Of a stretch of 64,000 nt of DNA, positions 58,773 to 64,000 are shown piece by piece. Where the stretch lies: positions 704,001 through 768,000 of the forward strand of contig CBDCUI010000007.1 of the NCBI GenBank assembly GCA_965222615.1, written 5' to 3'. The translations under genes were made by a program, and so were the position numbers. The first letter of the stretch is position 1, and every line of letters begins with the position of its first letter. Origin of the DNA: Gammaproteobacteria bacterium. Lineage in GTDB: Bacteria; Pseudomonadota; Gammaproteobacteria; UBA4575. The notes below the pieces were generated by a model, which ran no database searches, was not told the origin of the DNA, and saw only the letters and a list, made by a program, of their open reading frames with translations.

Positions 58773-60476
58773 ATGTATCGAGCAGTTGTATTTACCTCAC
58801 TACTTTTTTTAAGCGCCTGTGGATTTAAAGGCGAATTAGTAAATGAAACCCCTCTTCCACCTAACTTTGCCGTGGCTAGCGCCCATCCACTTGCGACCCA
58901 GGCCGGGATCGAGATTTTGCAGCAAGGCGGCAATGCCTTTGATGCAGCAGTTGCTGTAACTGCGACATTAGCTGTGGTGGAGCCTTATGCCTCTGGTTTA
59001 GGCGGCGGTGGGTTTTGGTTGTTGCATCGTGGCGATACCCAACAAGACATCATGATTGATGGACGCGAAATGGCACCAAGTAAAGCCACACAAGATATGT
59101 ATCTAGGTGCGGATGGAAAGCCAACGGATCAGTCGGTGGAAGGGCCTCTAGCGGCAGGTATTCCCGGTGTGCCGGCAGGCATTGTACATATCTCCAAGCA
59201 CTATGGTCGTTTACCATTGAGTACCAGCTTGGATTTTGCTATCCGGGTCGCACATGAGGGATTTGCGATCGACCAACGTTATCATCGCTTAGCTACTGCA
59301 CGTTTAAAATCGCTGCAGCAATCTGCACAGACCGCGGCAATTTTTCTTACTCAAGGCGAAGTTCCAAGCGTAGGTTATAACCTTAAGCAGCCACAATTGG
59401 CACATGTCTTAGAACAGATTCGTGACCTAGGTGCAAACGGCTTTTATCGCGGTGCTGTAGCACAAAAATTGGTGAGGGGGGTGCAACAAGCCGGAGGCAT
59501 CTGGCAATTAAAAGATTTGCAGCAATATCAAATTAAAGAACGCCAACCTATCTTTGGTCAATATGGAGATATCAACCTTGTAAGTGCTGCACTACCGTCT
59601 TCAGGTGGCATCGTGTTGATACAAATGCTGAATATGTTGGCAACGCAGGAGCTTGAAAATTTACATGGCGCACAACGTATTCATACACTGGTAGAAGTCA
59701 TGCGGCGTGCCTATTCCGAGCGTGCCAAACACCTAGGTGATATGGATTTTATAGAAGTTCCCATTGAAAAATTGTTATCCGAAGACTACGCCCAACAACT
59801 TATAGCCGATTTTAATGTGCACACCGCTACTCCCAGTCAAAACTTTTTAACCGACCCGGTATTATTGGATGGGGATGTGCAGCAGGAAGGGCAAAATACC
59901 ACGCACTTTTCTATTATCGATCAACATGGTAACTATGTCGCGGCAACATTATCGATTAATTATCCCTTTGGCTCTGGTTTTGTGCCTGCGGGTACCGGTG
60001 TGTTGTTAAACAATGAAATGGATGATTTTGCTGTTCAGCCGGGCCATCCAAACTTATGGGGCTTAATCGGTAGTGAGGCCAATGCCATTGCACCGGGCAA
60101 GCGAATGTTATCCAGTATGTCGCCGACTTTTTTATATGACGACAATCGAATAGCTATTTTAGGTACGCCGGGAGGGAGTAGGATTATTACCATGGTGTTG
60201 TTAGCAGCATTGGAATTTGCAAAAGGTGCCAATGTACAAACTATGGTTGAATTGCCACGCTTTCATCATCAGTTTTTACCAGATCAAATACAGTTTGAAA
60301 GCAACGCACTGGATACGGCTACGCAAACGGTGCTGATTAATATGGGGCATCAGCTACATGAGATGCAACGCAGCTATGGCAATATGCATGCAATCATGTG
60401 GGATAAAAAAACTAAGCAAGTAACTGCTGCAAGTGACCCACGCGGCATTGGTCATGCACAAGTTGGTCCACATTAA
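58773..60476 (+). CDS. ggt: Gamma-glutamyltransferase (lipoprotein)
   Basis: Lipobox LSAC, GGNAFDAA, NTTHFS nucleophile, NNEMDDF, SSMSP, GTPGGSRI. Confidence 0.95.
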   Translation: MYRAVVFTSLLFLSACGFKGELVNETPLPPNFAVASAHPLATQAGIEILQQGGNAFDAAVAVTATLAVVEPYASGLGGGGFWLLHRGDTQQDIMIDGREMAPSKATQDMYLGADGKPTDQSVEGPLAAGIPGVPAGIVHISKHYGRLPLSTSLDFAIRVAHEGFAIDQRYHRLATARLKSLQQSAQTAAIFLTQGEVPSVGYNLKQPQLAHVLEQIRDLGANGFYRGAVAQKLVRGVQQAGGIWQLKDLQQYQIKERQPIFGQYGDINLVSAALPSSGGIVLIQMLNMLATQELENLHGAQRIHTLVEVMRRAYSERAKHLGDMDFIEVPIEKLLSEDYAQQLIADFNVHTATPSQNFLTDPVLLDGDVQQEGQNTTHFSIIDQHGNYVAATLSINYPFGSGFVPAGTGVLLNNEMDDFAVQPGHPNLWGLIGSEANAIAPGKRMLSSMSPTFLYDDNRIAILGTPGGSRIITMVLLAALEFAKGANVQTMVELPRFHHQFLPDQIQFESNALDTATQTVLINMGHQLHEMQRSYGNMHAIMWDKKTKQVTAASDPRGIGHAQVGPH

Positions 60477-61128
60477 TCCACTAATATCTCAGAATAAATC
60501 AGAGTTTCCTCAAGTGAAGGTTGTTTATTTTGCCAGTCCCATGTGTTCTTGGTGTTGGGGATTTGCCCCAGTAATGCAAAAAATCAAGACTATCTTTGCA
60601 AAACAAATTAAATTGCGCTTGGTACTGACACCGTTTCGAATCGATAACACCACACCTATGGATAAGAGCTTACGCGATTATGTATTACAACAGTGGTACA
60701 AAGTTCATCACACTACAGGACAGTCATTTGATTTTAATTTTGCTATGAGCGCTGATTTTATTTATAACACCAAGTCAACCTGTCTTGCCATTAAGGCATT
60801 TTCTCAACAACGACCCGAACTTGAACTTGAATTTCTAAACTCTATACAAGCGGCTTTTTATACTGAAAACTTAAATGTAACCAATGAGGAAATATTAGTT
60901 GATTTGTTACGTCCTTATTCTGTAGATATCGATCAATTTATCCAGGACCTACATGCGAAAGCCGTGCACAATCTTCTTGAAGAAGACTTTAATTTCTGTA
61001 AACAACTAAAAGTTGATGCTTATCCGACCTTGGTGGGGATGAAAGAAGACTCAATAACAGTGTTGACGCATGGCTATATGCCCTGTGCAGATCTGGAAAT
61101 AAAACTGAAAAGTTGGATAAGGGATTAG
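60433..61128 (+). CDS. DsbA-family thioredoxin-fold protein
   Basis: PMCSWCWGF and YPTL (cis-Pro) motifs. Start uncertain. Confidence 0.85.
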   Translation: MTHAALVMHKLVHINPLISQNKSEFPQVKVVYFASPMCSWCWGFAPVMQKIKTIFAKQIKLRLVLTPFRIDNTTPMDKSLRDYVLQQWYKVHHTTGQSFDFNFAMSADFIYNTKSTCLAIKAFSQQRPELELEFLNSIQAAFYTENLNVTNEEILVDLLRPYSVDIDQFIQDLHAKAVHNLLEEDFNFCKQLKVDAYPTLVGMKEDSITVLTHGYMPCADLEIKLKSWIRD

Positions 61129-61158
61129 CTAAACAACAAGCTGCCAAGAGTGTTCAAA

Positions 61159-61338
61159 TTACGATTTACAATCACTACTATCAGATTTTAAAGAGCTACT
61201 TAGGTTATTGCGAAGAATCTCAATTTGCCAAGTTTGTAAAGTATTCGTATCCGTCAGCATCAAGGTATTGTCATCGATCACTTCGATCGAATAGCGATCA
61301 AGATCGGTAGCTTCCAATGTCGGGGTTTTTGTTGTCAT
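61159..61338 (-). CDS. Possible 59-aa small protein (MTTKTPTLEATDLDRYSIEVIDDNTLMLTDTNTLQTWQIEILRNN...), not in the ORF track
   Basis: ATG 61338 with GGA about 9 nt upstream, TAA at 61159-61161. Lies in an otherwise empty 400-nt gap. Confidence 0.45.
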   Translation of the reverse strand: MTTKTPTLEATDLDRYSIEVIDDNTLMLTDTNTLQTWQIEILRNNLSSSLKSDSSDCKS

Positions 61339-61533
61339 GACTATAATCCAAGTGCCGCATTTTAAAAGGGTTTTATCTGTGGTACTCAGGGTTTAGGACG
61401 TATGGACAGAACCAAAATATGAATGACTTGTACCTGGGACAACTGGTATATATTGACTACTGAATGGTAACCCTATGATTAGCAGTATTATTAATTGGAG
61501 TTATTTTGAAATTTAGGGCAACTGATTTTTTAT

Positions 61534-62346
61534 TTAATGCTGACAATGTGAGCAAAAAAAACTACTGCGTTGACCTAGCACCCGTGCTTGAATTGGACTG
61601 CCACATTGTGGACAGGGCTGACCTTTTTTATTGTAAACATTGAGCTGATTTGCAAAGTAACCAGGGTTGCCGTCTTCGCGCACAAAATCACGCAAGCTGG
61701 TACCTCCCATATCGATGGCATTTTGTAAAACTTCTTTTATTTTAGTTGCGAGAATTGCATAACGTTGACTAGATATTCTACCGGCAGCACGCTGTGGATG
61801 TATGCCACTTAAAAAAAGTGCTTCACTGGCATAGATGTTACCGACACCTACCACGACATGACTATTCATAATAAAGTTTTTAACACTTACTTTTCTTTCT
61901 TTGGCACGTAAATGTAAATATTTACCATCGAAGTCTTCATTAAGTGGTTCGGGTCCTAGCTGACTCAATAATTTGTGTCGCAATGGGTCTTTACGCGTCC
62001 ACAGAATGGTGCCAAAGCGGCGTGGATCGTGAAATCTTAAAGTTTGATCACCGAATACAAAATCTACATGGTCATGTTTTCTTGGATTGGTATTACTCGC
62101 AACAATGCGCAGACTACCTGACATACCTAAATGTAAAATAATATGGCCGGCGTCAGTTGCAAACAGCAGATATTTAGCACGACGTGAAATGCTATTAATG
62201 TGCTGATTTTTAACTAGCGCATTCAGGTTCCTGGGGATAGGCCAACGGAGTTGTCGTTGACGGAGGATAACTTTATTTATTTGTTTGCCATGTATATGGG
62301 GGGTAATGCCGCGTCGTGTGGTTTCAACTTCGGGTAATTCTGGCAT
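61534..62346 (-). CDS. mutM: Formamidopyrimidine-DNA glycosylase
   Basis: MPELPEVET, HLGMSG, GVGNIYASE, C-terminal zinc finger. Confidence 0.98.
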   Translation of the reverse strand: MPELPEVETTRRGITPHIHGKQINKVILRQRQLRWPIPRNLNALVKNQHINSISRRAKYLLFATDAGHIILHLGMSGSLRIVASNTNPRKHDHVDFVFGDQTLRFHDPRRFGTILWTRKDPLRHKLLSQLGPEPLNEDFDGKYLHLRAKERKVSVKNFIMNSHVVVGVGNIYASEALFLSGIHPQRAAGRISSQRYAILATKIKEVLQNAIDMGGTSLRDFVREDGNPGYFANQLNVYNKKGQPCPQCGSPIQARVLGQRSSFFCSHCQH

Positions 62347-62360
62347 AACACTTAAAAGTG

Positions 62361-63386
62361 CTAGGCTTGATAAAAGGCTTCAATTTCGACTAACAAATCT
62401 TCTCTACACATATCGCCGAGTAATAAAATTCGTGGTGTAGTGCCAGAAAGGCGTGCTGCTAATATTTTTTTAATATGTGCAACATCTTTGCGATGTCGAA
62501 TGTATACCTTCATGTAGAGTAAATCGTCTTGTGCATTGAGCTGGGTCTGATGTTGATCGTTAGCATGTGCAACTAAAGTTTCTACATTGTTGATGGACTC
62601 GTTGAGTTGTTCACAGACATCATCGACATGTTGGGTTTGATGTCCAACAATACTTGCCGTACCGGAGACATAAAAATGGGTGCGGTTGCCCCAGACCTTA
62701 AGTATGCCGCGTGAGAATAATGGTCGTTTTAGTATGTCGTTAACGGGATAATGATAAGCACTGGTTTGCCGCGGGTTTTCTACCGCAATGCCAGGTGTAT
62801 CACTGGCTAAAAAGTAAACTTGCAGCACTTGCTGTTGATTGCCGATTACGGTAGCGGCTGGGTAGATTGCATTATCGATATTACACTTCTGCATGGCATT
62901 GAGACGAGCACGGCAAAATAATTCATAACGATTTGTGTGTGCATAACCTTGCACAATACTCGTTATGCCAGGAAAGTAATTCCAAGTACGTAATAAATGT
63001 TTACAACCTGCTTTAGCTAAACATTCAAATATTTCTTGATATGCCTGTTCGCTACCATAAATAAAACTTTCATCATCTGTACAGGGCAACTGAACATGAC
63101 CAAAAAGCATTTGCGCATTACCTGCATAGTGCACGTTTTTATAAGTGCTGCGGTTGACTTCTTTATCGGTAAACCAATATTGGGAAAATAAATTCGATCC
63201 CAGCACATTTAAGCTGGTTTGAATCGATAAATGATGGTCATGGATGTGATTGTCCTCGTCACTCTGACCGAAATATAAATACGTCAATAATGGTTGATCG
63301 GTTTGCATCGGTGTAGGATCTTCACTGACAGCAATGTTTAAATTTGCTGTTGCCGAAGTCAGCTCATTAATGGAAAGAGAAGTCAT
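62361..63386 (-). CDS. FkbO/Hyg5/XanB2-family chorismatase
   Basis: LRTWNY, RYELFC.AR, YPAAT.IG, ENPRQTSAYHYP, FSRG, VSGTASIVGH, CREDLLVEIE. Confidence 0.85.
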   Translation of the reverse strand: MTSLSINELTSATANLNIAVSEDPTPMQTDQPLLTYLYFGQSDEDNHIHDHHLSIQTSLNVLGSNLFSQYWFTDKEVNRSTYKNVHYAGNAQMLFGHVQLPCTDDESFIYGSEQAYQEIFECLAKAGCKHLLRTWNYFPGITSIVQGYAHTNRYELFCRARLNAMQKCNIDNAIYPAATVIGNQQQVLQVYFLASDTPGIAVENPRQTSAYHYPVNDILKRPLFSRGILKVWGNRTHFYVSGTASIVGHQTQHVDDVCEQLNESINNVETLVAHANDQHQTQLNAQDDLLYMKVYIRHRKDVAHIKKILAARLSGTTPRILLLGDMCREDLLVEIEAFYQA

Positions 63387-63460
63387 AGTTTTTACTGTAG
63401 CGTGCTTTGCTGAGAGTCGCTAGCTAGTAGTATCATTAATTCATGGATTAGTTTTATTTT

Positions 63461-63596
63461 TAAGGGAGCCCTCATTTATAGTAACAGCGACTGAGACGAG
63501 GCAAAAAATGTCAAGAAAGCGGAGTTTGCACATTACGTAAATGAGCATTTTGAGGCATTTTTTAACAAAGCATCAGAATAAATCAGGGCTTCCTTA
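63461..63596. repeat. Palindromic MITE-like interspersed element, long copy B
   Basis: TAAGGgAGCCCTcATTTAT...ATAAATCAGGGCTTCCTTA terminal inverted repeats (17/19 match), TA at both ends. Homologous to 39326-39430. Confidence 0.85.
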
Positions 63597-64000
63597 GGCT
63601 TTACGTCTGCGTATGCCAATGAACACACCCGCTAACAATACGCCAAGTGGCACGATCAATAAATAAGTACTGGCTAAACTGGCAATAGCAACATTACTAA
63701 ATTCTATCGAACTATCCGGAGCTCGATACGGGAGTAGAGATATGCGTTGGTCATCATGTACTAACCACTGTAATACACTTACACTTAGTGTTAGATTTTC
63801 ACCGTTACCGATATAACCATTCGCCATAAAATCACTGTCACCAATAATGACAATGCGTTGTGCTTCGTTGTTGGCAATTTTGCGCGTCAGTGCTGCTGCC
63901 ATTAATAATGGACCTGCAGTATCACCATCCTCGGTATTAAATACTGCATCAGCGTTTGATAGTGGTTTGGTTTCTGACCAGGCACGTGGTAGCGAATAAA
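63594..64000 (-). CDS. GldG-like / ABC-type uncharacterised transport auxiliary protein (3' end only)
   Basis: Frame open to the window edge. AWSET, GPLLMAAAL, RIVIIGDSDF, N..L....QWL, C-terminal TM followed by RRRK. Confidence 0.8.
   Translation of the reverse strand, partial: YSLPRAWSETKPLSNADAVFNTEDGDTAGPLLMAAALTRKIANNEAQRIVIIGDSDFMANGYIGNGENLTLSVSVLQWLVHDDQRISLLPYRAPDSSIEFSNVAIASLASTYLLIVPLGVLLAGVFIGIRRRKA

Noticed and set aside
61113-61310. Plus-strand 65-aa ORF from the track
   Set aside because: Non-ATG start overlapping the dsbA-like stop, and it conflicts with a more plausible minus-strand ORF at 61159-61338.

Overview
AT-rich gammaproteobacterial chromosome segment, mostly housekeeping genes. 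These are aceE-aceF-ald, tRNA-Ile2, rpoD-dnaG, damX-like/dgt/aroB/aroK, pilMNOPQ-ponA, hemE, rpsU/tsaD/plsY, bioHC, an A-family cytochrome c oxidase cluster, rpoH, ftsYEX, an M16 protease pair, rsmD, coaD, ggt and mutM. An accessory stretch (about 3.5-19.5 kb) lies downstream of the tRNA. It holds a YeiH/PSE sulfate-exporter operon with an unannotated 40-aa membrane microprotein, PhoX, and a sugar-nucleotide cluster (HIT-type enzyme, P-loop kinase, SPS-like GT4, GlgC). Its most notable part is an sNOR-type heme-copper nitric oxide reductase operon (Asn in place of the cross-linked Tyr) with an HPP-family transporter, divergent from an NsrR-like regulator across two 23-bp NsrR-like operators. 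Other signals read from the DNA: two copies of a palindromic MITE-like element whose ends coincide with stop codons, a perfect CIRCE overlapping a sigmaE-type promoter before rpoH, an orphan lambda-Nu1-like DNA-binding protein inserted between ftsX and rpoH, a split rpsU/dnaG-rpoD operon, and several small ORFs missing from the ORF track. No CRISPR array, rRNA, integrase or transposase was seen. All family assignments come from motif recognition, not database searches.
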